Of a stretch of DNA of 64,000 bases, positions 33,198-44,172 are shown piece after piece. The notes under the pieces are model-generated. The model was not told the DNA's origin. It made no database searches and saw only the letters and a list, made by a program, of their open reading frames with translations. Source of the stretch: Ascoidea asiatica JCM 7603 (lineage: Eukaryota; Fungi; Ascomycota). The translations under genes were made by a program, and so were the position numbers. The stretch lies in NCBI GenBank assembly GCA_001600695.1, contig BCKQ01000003.1:776003-840002 (forward strand), given 5' to 3'. Position 1 is the first letter of the stretch. Each line of letters begins with the position of its first letter.

Positions 33198-35048
33198 TCA
33201 TTTATACAAAAGTTTTTCAATAAGATGAAGAGATTTTGTAAACCAGGTACCATCCTTTTCTAAAGCTGAAAAATATGCTTCTTCTATTTCTTCTTCTCTA
33301 TCTATTTGGACTTTTCCCGTTATAATATCAGCTTCTCTAACAGTATGTATAGAAGTTTTCTTGAAAATTTTCCAAAAAAAATATAATAAGAGAAATGCAA
33401 CTGGTGAGAAATAAGTTATAAATAACGCTTTAACAGAAAATTTTCCAGGAAAAAATATATAGGAACCATTAAAAAAGAGAGTAAGAATGCAAATGAAAAG
33501 ACCTGAATAAGAAATATATGGCTGTAAATGGAATGGAGTTTGATAATAGTTGTTTCTGTAACCTTGGACCTTCATACTTCTTCTGAAGCAAATATAAGAA
33601 ACGAAAATGGTGCTATGAACACATAAAACACAAGAACTAGTTATTGTGACAAACCAACCATAAACCCTCGCTGATGAATTTGAACAACTTAAAAATGACA
33701 AACATGAAACTAGTCCAGTTAGTATAACACAAAATATTGGACACCCGTTGAATAAACACATTGAAAAAAATCTAGGAATATAACCAACTAAAGAAATTGA
33801 ATATAAACATCTAGTAGTAGAATAAAAGGCAGCATTTCCACAACTCCACACTGAAGTTATAATAATAGCATTGATTAAATCTCCGAGACCCTTAACACCT
33901 ACGTTTTCAATTCCAATAACCCAGGGAGAAGCACCTGCTCCAACATTCCCAGCTTTAACAGCTTTGATGAGGTTTTTATCATTAGAGGCACATATACAGT
34001 TCATGAAAAAGATTCCTCCAATATAAAATAAATAAATTCTGAAAAAAGCATTCCTTCCAGCAACCGGAATTGATTTTCTTGGTCTTTCAATTTCTCCAGC
34101 GATAATTAAAATAAATTCTGGTCCACCACAGGCGAAAGCACACCAAACAAATACATTCCAAAAACCTAGAAATCTTCCTAAGGAACCTGTTTTAAGATAT
34201 TCTTTAAATAACCCCCCTTCTTTCCAATGTTGAAATCCATAAGCATCATGTTTTGGATTAGCACCACACATACTTAGAAATGAAAATAAAATCAATCCCA
34301 CTATTAAAAGAATTTTGAACATGCAACCAAAATATTCAATTTCCCCAAACCAATTGACTGCAAAAATATTACAGATAATAAATAAGCACAAACTTAAAAA
34401 AATAAAAGACCAACGTGGAATATTTGCTTCAGGCCAATATTGAACTAAACTTCCAATTGCAACTAATTCAACACAAACATACATACAAATTGAATAAGCA
34501 TATATTATTCCAACAGCAAAACCAAGAGCCGGATCAACAAATCTTCCAGCAAAATGAAAAAAGGAACCTTTTATTGGTAACCAAGCTGCCATTTCAGTAG
34601 CACATTGCATAAGTGGCCAAATATCGAAAAATGCAAAGAAAACGAAAGCTATAAATAATGATAGTGAACCATATTCCATTAATGGAGTGGCTAAACCCAC
34701 AAAAATTGAAGAACCAATACAAGAACCTATAGTCATTAAACTAACATGTCTTACATTTAAACCTCTTCTTATTTCACCATATGTATTTGGATCATATCGT
34801 TCATCAAAACCAGGAAAATGTACAGTTTGACTTATTTCATCTTCGGGGGGAATATCTTGTTGGATTCCATTCGATTGTGACGAATCTCCAATATTATATT
34901 CTTCTTCATTAGATTCATATATTTTATTACTGGTTTCTTGAGTATAATTCATTGAAGGTAAATGTCCTTTTAAAGATTCTGCTTTGAAAGTGGTATATTG
35001 AGGTTCTACTTTAGTTTCTTGATCTATAATAGAAGCTAAGGCAACCAT
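33198..35048 (-). CDS. Amino-acid permease (Agp2-like), copy 2; tandem paralog of copy 1
   Basis: Same motifs; aligns to copy 1 at a constant 4044-bp offset through the transporter body. Confidence 0.93.
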   Translation of the reverse strand: MVALASIIDQETKVEPQYTTFKAESLKGHLPSMNYTQETSNKIYESNEEEYNIGDSSQSNGIQQDIPPEDEISQTVHFPGFDERYDPNTYGEIRRGLNVRHVSLMTIGSCIGSSIFVGLATPLMEYGSLSLFIAFVFFAFFDIWPLMQCATEMAAWLPIKGSFFHFAGRFVDPALGFAVGIIYAYSICMYVCVELVAIGSLVQYWPEANIPRWSFIFLSLCLFIICNIFAVNWFGEIEYFGCMFKILLIVGLILFSFLSMCGANPKHDAYGFQHWKEGGLFKEYLKTGSLGRFLGFWNVFVWCAFACGGPEFILIIAGEIERPRKSIPVAGRNAFFRIYLFYIGGIFFMNCICASNDKNLIKAVKAGNVGAGASPWVIGIENVGVKGLGDLINAIIITSVWSCGNAAFYSTTRCLYSISLVGYIPRFFSMCLFNGCPIFCVILTGLVSCLSFLSCSNSSARVYGWFVTITSSCVLCVHSTIFVSYICFRRSMKVQGYRNNYYQTPFHLQPYISYSGLFICILTLFFNGSYIFFPGKFSVKALFITYFSPVAFLLLYFFWKIFKKTSIHTVREADIITGKVQIDREEEIEEAYFSALEKDGTWFTKSLHLIEKLLYK

Positions 35049-38000
35049 ACTCTTGAAAGGTGAGAATTTGATATGAATATTATATAATTATATAATATTT
35101 TCAAAAACTTATGATGAAAAGGAAATTAATGTCTTGAATAAATTACTAGTTTTGTTACTTAGAAAATAAAAAGTACTGCTAATTTTTGAAGTAAATAATG
35201 ATATAAGGAAAGATGAAAATTATCAGTGAATCAAAAATAATTAAAGGATAATCAAAACTAAAAAACAACTCTTTTAAAACTGAAGGAATTTGAGAAAAGT
35301 AAAGAGAAATTTAAAAGGATGAAAAAAGTTTAATGATATTGAAACATATATAAAGAGGATGACCATATTAATGAAACAATATTAAAGGGCATTATTGTGG
35401 CACAAAACATATAGTTGAAATATTTTTTTAGACAAAGTTTGTCTGTCCCTTTTATTTCATGTCGTAGATAATAAAAGGTTCTCAATAATTGAAACTCATT
35501 GGTTTTGAAAACAATTAGTTAAAATAGTGGACAATGAATGAGCTTACAGCACCAATAATCATCTAGAGTAATACTCATAGTCAAAGAAAAACATTCATAT
35601 CATTGTTATCTCTTTAAGATGGGAGAAAATAACCCTTCAAAGATAACCAGGTTAGCCTTTGTCCTAATCCTAAAACCTTTTTTTGAAATCAGTAGTTATT
35701 ATTGTAATATAAATTTGAATTATGTTCCAGCTTAGGAAAACTTTGAGACACTCATTATTAATTGACCACTAATAAAAAGATTTTTTAATGATAATTGATG
35801 GTGACTCTGATGTTCATTCTTCGGAAATTACCAGCAAGCCTGATATCTCTTGATTCATTTCTTTTTATTCTTTAATGTAGTAATGATAATTAACCAAAAA
35901 CACAATAAAACAAAATTTTTAGCGTTGAATAGTTCAGTTAGCTAAAAAATGTTGGTGAATATTCACTAAATAATATTAAAAAATGAACCAATGTCCCATG
36001 CATAAGATGTCCCAATAAAATATTCCTAAGGTTCCAAATTGCGAGACTGAACCCGTAAATGAGTACGTGTGCTATTTATTAATAATACGAGAATGATGAG
36101 TGTTGGTTCCAAAGATAATATTTAGGCACATGATAGTTTGCTTATATAATCCACCCATACTGATGGTCTGTTGTAAACAGAAAGCTTCAGCCATGCTGTC
36201 CGACAGACTGCTCTTTTTTAGTTCTATTTTCGGCATCTTCGTATAATATCTGAGGACACTTCTACTTAAATGCTTTTGGCTGCACTGAGTCTCACAGATT
36301 TTAACAGCTTAAAAATATACCGATATGTACAGAGAACTATTTATTCACAGTATTGTGGATCAGTTCTAAACTTACGGATACATTAGCTAATTAATGTAAC
36401 TTTGAGAACGGACCACTCTGGGACATTCCTATCCAGGTAAGAGAGATTTATTTTTACTTATGTTACATGAATATCATCATTACTTTTATTAAAAAGTGTA
36501 ACTTAATGAAGCTCACTTTTACAAAATACACTTTTAAAAAAACCAAGAAATTTACTTTGAATTCTTTCTAAGCATATTACATCCAAATATTGTTATGCTT
36601 CGAAAAAATTGTAGACAAATATTATTTGCTCGTCTGAATGAATTGTTATGATTTAGATTTTTCAGGAAAAAAAAGTACTTCCTGTTTTTTTTAGGTATTT
36701 TTCTTCATATTGCACAGCGCTTTATAATAATGTCATGAGTCTAAAAGTGTGGTTGAAGACTAAATTTCAAAAATATTTCTGAAAGAAAAAGCAAAAAAAA
36801 TTTATAATATTTCTATGAAACTTAACATATTGGCTTAAAGTAATATTACTATACTGCAGAAAAACATAGTTTTGAAAAAGAATTTGTCTTACTTAGTTTC
36901 GGAATTCAATTGTTTTTATCTTACTGTGAAGTTCAATATTGATGAGTAAAACATGATAAACATTAATGGGTCAGAAATAAATGTACTTTAACTAATATGG
37001 GTTCAATATCACCATATTTTTTTCTCATAAGGCTTAGTGTAGGTCAAATGAAAATAATATTTTTCTCATCGAAGTAATGGTATTATCAAAACTACACACA
37101 ATTTAATGGTATTCGAAAAAACCAATAAATTTTGGGACACTTATGTTTTGTTGTAAATAAGCAAGGCTGAAGAAGTCAATTTGAAATATTTGCCTCGGAT
37201 TTTTTCAACTAGTTCTAAGACAATTTTTTAATCAAGTTATAAATAAATGTTACGCAAAAACAATTAATAATTCAAATACGTATTTTAGTGTACTGGTACT
37301 GAAGTACAACACTGGACCACAAAAGAATTGGGACACTATAAATTTTGGGTAAAATACTCTCTTAACCGAAGCTATATGTTCCAGATTATGCAGACTCATG
37401 CTAAAACCTTTTTGTGTTTTGACGTATATATCACGGTGAATAAATAGTTTTAACGTAACGTTACAGTTTTCATGTAAACCCAAGGTTAAATTCGAATTAG
37501 CATTTTTAGATCTAGAAAAATAATTATCTTCAGCTATTAATGTATGATTAAAATTCATTTTCACTAATTCTAGCTTCAAATTTTTAGAAAATTATAATTA
37601 AAACAATTAAATGTCGAAATCAAATTAAAATAATAAGATGATGTAGTAATAACTAAATGTAAGTAAGTAATCTCTATTTCAAAAATTTATAACCAGTAAA
37701 AATTTACTGAGTAAAATTGAAACTAAAAAGGTATAGTTTCGATTTACTCACAAACTAAAGATGATCAAAGTTTCTGTTAAATTAAAACTTATCAAAGAAA
37801 TTTATTTTAAACTAAGAACCCGAGATAAAAAAAAGTTTTGTTATGACATTTATTTTGTCCTCATTTTATAACTCCAAAAAAATTACCAATTGTTTTATCT
37901 GCTTTAAAAACGTTAAAGTGAATTTTGTTTGAATAAATTGTATGTTGGCTAGTTATATTCAAGTCCTTACAATTTTATTGTTAAGAAATATAGTATATTT

Positions 38001-38789
38001 TTAGTTGTGTATCACATTTGTTAATATTTTCCAATTAAAAAATAAAACGTATGTTGGTGAAATTAGTTATTCCAAAAGCTTCAATCAATAATTATTAGAA
38101 ATTCAAAATTAAAACCATTAATTATTCTGAAATATTTTTTTTTTCGATGATTAAACTTGATTTAAGTTGAGTAAACATAGTAATGTTATTATTTTAGATT
38201 GACAAACTAGTTTAACAGTTCTTGGAAGAAATCATTGAAGGCTTACTTTTCAAAAACAGTCCACTTTAAAGACTTTAGATTATTTTTCACAAAACTTATG
38301 AACAACAGCAAATTTTTAGTGTTTTGAATCGCAATAGATTTTTTTTCTTCATTTTCATCTTCTGATAATCTTGCTAATGGTATAAATCTGATAATTTTCA
38401 AAATTATGTTAAGTTTTTTAAAAGTTCCAATTGCTAATTTTTCAGAAAACAATAATTATTTTTGAGATTAATCAAACTACTACCATTAGTGGTGAATCTA
38501 TTCTACATTATCCTTATTTTGAAATATTTTGGATATCTTGAATTCAGTAATAAAGAATAAATTTGAATTTCTTAGCTACTGTACCTATACAAAAGCAGCA
38601 TGCGCCACGCAGCTCCAATTTCTATTTCCCGCTGTAGAGTATTGCATTAGCTTTACTGGATAAGCAGCTGCCTTGTTTCATATCCGGATTCTAGGCCAAA
38701 CAGGAAGCATAGTAGCATTTTTCTTGACTCATTTTGTTATTAGGACGTGGTGAATAAAGCTACTGCACCATTCTGTCCAAAACTGCTAC

Positions 38790-38938
38790 TCGGCCACACC
38801 AGCAACAGAGTGCGGCCGAAAATGCGGTCAAAACTGCAAAACCAAAAGCATCAGTAACAGCTGAGGCAAAGACGCTGGCCGCATCCGCCACATCAACTCT
38901 CACCAACCAAGAAAACCTCAGCAACTACACTCACCGCA
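38790..38938. promoter_or_regulatory. GC-rich upstream block with repeated TGCGG(C/T) motifs, Stp1/2-like or Zn-cluster
   Basis: TGCGGCC at 38811, TGCGGTC at 38823, GGCCGCA at 38877, ACCGCA at 38933, upstream of permease 3. Confidence 0.4.
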
Positions 38939-39747
38939 TAAAGTTGCAAATCTCTAACTTTTCACATTACGAATACAAGCTCAAGCCTATTTATTATTTG
39001 CTAACATTTTTTTTTCTTGCTCTTGGTGAGTTACAGTACTTAGTAAAAAGTATACCACTGAAAATTTTTGATATTTGTTCCAAGATTCAATATTCAATAC
39101 TCAATATTCATTATTCAGAATTAAATATTCATTTCTAAATCATAACTAAATCAAGAAGCTAGATATTTAATTCAAAGAAACAAAAAAAATTATGGTCTTT
39201 TAATTTCAACCAGCTTAAGTTTCTTAATAGTCTATTTTTTAAATTCGATTTTGTCTCAGTGTTAACTGATTGCATATGTATCAAAACACTAAATAAGTAT
39301 TCTCCAGGTCTTACATTAGGATTACATTGTTTTTGAATTATTAACTACTTTTCAAAACTTTCCATTATCATTCAATTATTACATTTTACTTCAATTAATA
39401 CTAATACAATTTGCTCCACTTGTACAAGTATTGTTTATTTTAATTTTTTTTTCTAGTTTTTAAAGTATATTTCTAATCCCTTGCTATCAATGATCATTTT
39501 GCTTTTATTTTCAACATAATAAAAGGACCCATAAATCCCTAATATTTACTTTCATTTATTTTTTTTCAAATTTCAAAAATATTTTTTTTTTCAAACAATA
39601 GCAACATAACTATCCATTAATTTATATACATTTCATACGCTCAACTTCATCCTTTACATATTTTTGTTTATTAATTGATTGTTATTATTATATTTTTATA
39701 ACTTCAAAAGATATTAAATCATTTGAAAAACAAAATTTGTTCTCATA

Positions 39748-41529
39748 ATGAGTGCTGCAGTAGAAAACTCAAACTCCAATTCTTCCTTGGAGAAAAAAGA
39801 TTTAGGTGCAGAAGAATTAAATATTGGAGCAGATACTTCTGATTCTGAAGAAGTTAAAAAAGTCCTTCAACTTCCTGGTTTCAAAGAAACTTTCAATCCA
39901 GAATTAGGAAATGGAACAAAAAGAAAATTAACCTACAGACAGATCATGTTAATGGTCATTGGTTCTTGTATAGGTTCTTCATTATTTGTTTCTTTATCTA
40001 CTCCTCTTGTCCTTTATGGTTCTTTGGCCTTATTTATAGCTTTTGTATTTTGGTCCGTTTTTGTTATTTGGCCTTTAATGCAAGCTGCTTGTGAAATGGC
40101 GGCTTGGTTACCAATTAAAGGGTCTTTTTTTCATTTTGCTGCTAGATTTGTTGATCCTGCTTTAGCTTTTCCCGTTGGTCTTATGTATGCGTATTCTATT
40201 TCCATTTATGTCTGTGTTGAAATGGTTGGTTTTGGTTCCCTTATTGATTATTGGGATGTTGATGTACCATTATGGTCTTTTATATTACTTGGAATTGGTT
40301 TAATTACCATTGTTAATGTATTAGCTGTTAACGTTTTTGGAGAAATTGAATTTTTCACTTCTATATTTAAAGTTTTATTAGTTCTTGGTTTAATGATATT
40401 TTCATTTTTAAGTATGTGTGGTGCTAATCCAAAACATGATGCTTATGGTTTTCAACACTGGAAAGAAGGTGGATTATGGAAACAAATTTATAAAACTGGT
40501 GATTCTGGTAGATTTCTTGCCTTCTTTAATGTTTTCGTATATAGTGCTTTTGCCTCAGGTGGCCCAGAAGCTATTTTAGTTTATGCAGGTGAGGTTAGAC
40601 GTCCAAGAAGAGCTATTCCTTTAGCTGGTAGATCTGCTTTTTTCAGAATTTATCTTTTTTACATTGGTGGTATTTTCTTTATGAATACAATTTGTGCCTC
40701 AAATAATAAAGCTTTATTATTAGCTAGAGCCACTGCAAAAGTTGGTGCTGGTGCTTCTCCCTGGGTTATTGGTATTAAATCAGTTGGTGTACATGGATTT
40801 GATTCCTTGATAAATGCAATTGTCATGATTTCTGTTTGGTCTTGTGGTAATGCTGCTACTTATTGTGCAAGTAGAACTGTTTATGCAATGTCTTTGGCTG
40901 GTTACTTTCCAAGATTTTTAACTAAATGTTTGAAAAATGGTTGTCCAATCTATGCTTTATTAGTCGCTGATTCTCTTTCACTTCTTTCATTTATGGCAAC
41001 AAGTAAAGATTCTCTTACTGTTTATACTTGGTTCGTTAATATCTGTGCATCATCTGTTTTATTGGTTCATGCAAGTATATTCTTAAGTCATATTCGTTTT
41101 AGAGCTGCTATGAAAGTTCAAGGTTTAACAAATCCTTATTATGTCACACCTTTCGGATTACAACCATATGCTTCTTATGTTGGTTTATTTTTCTGTTTGC
41201 TTTGTTCCTTTTTCAATGGTTATTGGATTTTTATTCACGGAAATTTCACTGTTGCTAGCTTATTTACATATTATTTCTCTCCTGTTTTTTTCGCACTCTG
41301 TTATGTTTTTTGGAAAGTATGGTTCAAGACCTCCATTATTCCACTTGCAGAAGTTGATTTGATTACAGGAAAGGCTGCAATTGACAAAGAAGAGAAACAA
41401 GATATAGAAGATGATGAAGCAGCAGAAGCAGCTAAGGGTGAGCCTAGTGGTTTTGTTAAGGCTATGAAAATGGTTCTTAAAGGTATTGCTGTATTTGTTT
41501 ATAGTTCAAATAAAGCTCCTCTCAAATGA
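39748..41529 (+). CDS. Amino-acid permease (Agp2-like), copy 3; divergently oriented and more diverged
   Basis: IGSCIGS, EMAAWLPIKGSFFHFA, MCGANPKHDAYGFQHWKEGG shared with copies 1 and 2. Confidence 0.93.
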   Translation: MSAAVENSNSNSSLEKKDLGAEELNIGADTSDSEEVKKVLQLPGFKETFNPELGNGTKRKLTYRQIMLMVIGSCIGSSLFVSLSTPLVLYGSLALFIAFVFWSVFVIWPLMQAACEMAAWLPIKGSFFHFAARFVDPALAFPVGLMYAYSISIYVCVEMVGFGSLIDYWDVDVPLWSFILLGIGLITIVNVLAVNVFGEIEFFTSIFKVLLVLGLMIFSFLSMCGANPKHDAYGFQHWKEGGLWKQIYKTGDSGRFLAFFNVFVYSAFASGGPEAILVYAGEVRRPRRAIPLAGRSAFFRIYLFYIGGIFFMNTICASNNKALLLARATAKVGAGASPWVIGIKSVGVHGFDSLINAIVMISVWSCGNAATYCASRTVYAMSLAGYFPRFLTKCLKNGCPIYALLVADSLSLLSFMATSKDSLTVYTWFVNICASSVLLVHASIFLSHIRFRAAMKVQGLTNPYYVTPFGLQPYASYVGLFFCLLCSFFNGYWIFIHGNFTVASLFTYYFSPVFFALCYVFWKVWFKTSIIPLAEVDLITGKAAIDKEEKQDIEDDEAAEAAKGEPSGFVKAMKMVLKGIAVFVYSSNKAPLK

Positions 41530-42015
41530 TTTTTTTTGGACAACTTTTTTTTACATATTTTCTTGCATTCTTCACTCCAGCTTTATTTCTTTATGTGCTT
41601 TTGTCATTCTTTCTTAATAATTTTAATATTTTTATATCCAGAGTTTATATTTTAATGTCATTTTTTTGAAAAAATTCTCTAAAGATTTTTTAATCGTAAA
41701 ATTTTTTATATTAATGCGAATTAATTTTTGGTAAGCATAATTTTTGGTTTAAGCTATTCTTTTGTTTATTTTGATATTATTATATCACGTCAAAATTTTT
41801 ACGTTTAATTTGTCAATAGAATAATGCAAAATCAAAAGTCATAATGCTGTAAAACAGATATTGTTGAAAGATCTAAACAAAGTTATCAGGACTCAATTGA
41901 AAATAGTCAAAAAAAAATTTATAATAAAAATTATAAAAAGTGTAAAACGCTCATAGTAAATATAAATTAAAAATCAATGTTTATTTTGTAAGAAGTGAAA
42001 GATGGTAAATTATTT

Positions 42016-43620
42016 TTAGAGATCAGTATTAAAACTTCTAATATATGGACTTGCAATACCTTCCTCATAAAGTTCATTGAAATATTTTTTCTTTTTACTT
42101 ATTATGGATGATCTATCTCCGCTTCTCGTAGGATTATTTAAATTATGATGATTTTGAGTCCCATCATTTCCCAAAACACTTATGGGATAGTTTCTAGTAT
42201 CTATCATTAATCTTTCGTTGGAATTATTTGACAAATTCATTGGGGAAGTTTTTTGCTTGTGATTGTTTAAATTTTGAGAAGATGGTTGTAAATGAGAATA
42301 TTTCTTTGGTGAAGTGGAGGGAGAATCATAATCATTTATAGGTGGTGCGTAATTTAATTTTTGCCTGGGGATCGCCTTCATTGGAATCCTGGCATTAGGG
42401 TTATTATTCATCATTTGAATCTGATTGCTATTTATACTGTTTAAAGTATCTCTTTGGGCAGCTAAGTATATTTGTTTTTGTTGCTCTTGTTGTTGTTGTT
42501 GCTGTGATTGCAATATAACTTTCAATCGTTTATCAACATTCTGTTTAACAACATGATCAAATTCATTTTGATACTGTTGTCTTGTCTCTTCTAGATGATT
42601 GTTCAAAGCTATATCCTTTTCCCGAAGCTCGAGTTCTTTGGCTTTTAAATCATTCTTAGATATTATTAAATTTTTCTCTATTTCTGCCAATCTTTTTTCT
42701 CTAATTTTCAACTCAATTTCTTTTCGAAATATCTTAATTGAAGTTTCTTCTATCAATAAATACGCAGGAGGTCTTTGATCTGGGTTTATATTTATACAGG
42801 CAGTTATTGTCATTTTTAATTTTGAAGAATATAAGGAAGGCAAAGCTGGGAAAACACCTTTTTTGATTTTAGTATGCAATTCCATATGTGACTTAGCTTC
42901 AAATGGGGGATGTAATGCACATAATTCATAAATTACACACCCCAATGACCAAATATCACACAAAGGTGTGTATGGTTGATTTGTTAAAACTTCTGGAGAC
43001 ATATAATACGGAGTTCCTACATAAGTCCTTGCCAATTCTGTTTCCCTAGTTAAAAGTTTAGCTAATCCAAAATCACCAAGTTTAACAATATTGTCTTTTA
43101 ATAAAAATACATTATCTGGTTTTATATCTCTATGTATTACGACATTATCATTATTTATAATTTCGGGTTGATTAACAGAAGAACTAGATTTGAAAATATT
43201 ATTTTTTATTGAAGGAGGATCAATTCCATAATGACATCGATATAAAGCCAGGATTAATTGGGTGAAAATAGACCAAACAAAATCTTCGGGCACATATTCT
43301 CCAGTAGATTTTGCATTTTTGATTATCTTTGATAAGTCTCCATTATCGCAGTACTCCATATAGAGATAAACCATCTGCGTTAAGGAATCATGTTCATGAT
43401 GAATATATTGAACTATGTTTGGATGAGTGACAGTCTTTAGAATTCTTATTTCAGCCACCAATTGTGATCTTTCTTTTGGGTCCATCTTATTATAAGCTAT
43501 TTCCTTTCGCACAAATATTTTACCATCACTTTTTCTTCGAACCTTTCTGACACTGCCGAAGGACCCTCGACCAATTAGTTCAAGTACCTCAAAATCGAAC
43601 ATAGGGTTCGGAGAAGCCAT
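42016..43620 (-). CDS. KIN3: NIMA-family Ser/Thr kinase
   Basis: GRGSFG, VRKEI, LYRCHYG insert, HRDIKPDN, DFG, YVGTPYYMSPE, followed by coiled coil. Confidence 0.95.
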   Translation of the reverse strand: MASPNPMFDFEVLELIGRGSFGSVRKVRRKSDGKIFVRKEIAYNKMDPKERSQLVAEIRILKTVTHPNIVQYIHHEHDSLTQMVYLYMEYCDNGDLSKIIKNAKSTGEYVPEDFVWSIFTQLILALYRCHYGIDPPSIKNNIFKSSSSVNQPEIINNDNVVIHRDIKPDNVFLLKDNIVKLGDFGLAKLLTRETELARTYVGTPYYMSPEVLTNQPYTPLCDIWSLGCVIYELCALHPPFEAKSHMELHTKIKKGVFPALPSLYSSKLKMTITACININPDQRPPAYLLIEETSIKIFRKEIELKIREKRLAEIEKNLIISKNDLKAKELELREKDIALNNHLEETRQQYQNEFDHVVKQNVDKRLKVILQSQQQQQQEQQKQIYLAAQRDTLNSINSNQIQMMNNNPNARIPMKAIPRQKLNYAPPINDYDSPSTSPKKYSHLQPSSQNLNNHKQKTSPMNLSNNSNERLMIDTRNYPISVLGNDGTQNHHNLNNPTRSGDRSSIISKKKKYFNELYEEGIASPYIRSFNTDL

Positions 43621-43969
43621 TGAGAAAGGTTTATTTATACTTTGTTATTATTTGGAAATGAGATGGTAAGAAAAAAGATGAAAAATTGAACAATATAATT
43701 TTTCAATTCTCATCACAAATATTTTTCAAAGGATAAATAATTTTCTTGTGATGTATTGGAGGAATTAGAGTTCTAGTAATAGAGGAGCCAGTCACAATTG
43801 TGAATCTTTTGAAAGATTCTACATTCAACCCTTGGATAATAATTAATTATTCAGGGAAATAGCATTAAAAAACATCAAAATTTAACAGAAAATACGCTAC
43901 GTTATCTATTGATAACGTTTCTGAGGTGAACATAAATTTGAACTTTTCATGGTACGTAAATATAAAGAC

Positions 43970-43996
43970 TTGTTTACAAACTTCCAAATACGGAAA
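43970..43996 (-). promoter_or_regulatory. Mcm1-Fkh2 composite (CLB2-cluster) element upstream of KIN3
   Basis: Minus strand TTTCCGTATTTGGAAGTTTGTAAACAA: CC-N6-GG, 6-nt spacer, GTAAACAA. Confidence 0.7.
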
Positions 43997-44172
43997 CAAG
44001 GCTTAAGAGATTGTCGCCAGTTGTATGGGAGTTCTATACGTTCTAAAACTAAAAGTTCAAGCTGAGAATTTAATCTTCAATTATTAGGGCATTACTTATT
44101 ACTGAAATAGATTTTTATTTTATTTTTGTTTCCTTTTTACATTAAATTAAAAAAATGGACTATAAAAAATGT

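Noticed and set aside
36092-36163. Possible C/D snoRNA (ATGATGA...CTGA)
   Set aside because: No terminal stem or rRNA-complementary guide recognised; the boxes are expected by chance
37250-37579. 109-aa ORF in the permease intergenic region
   Set aside because: Non-ATG start, no codon bias or motif
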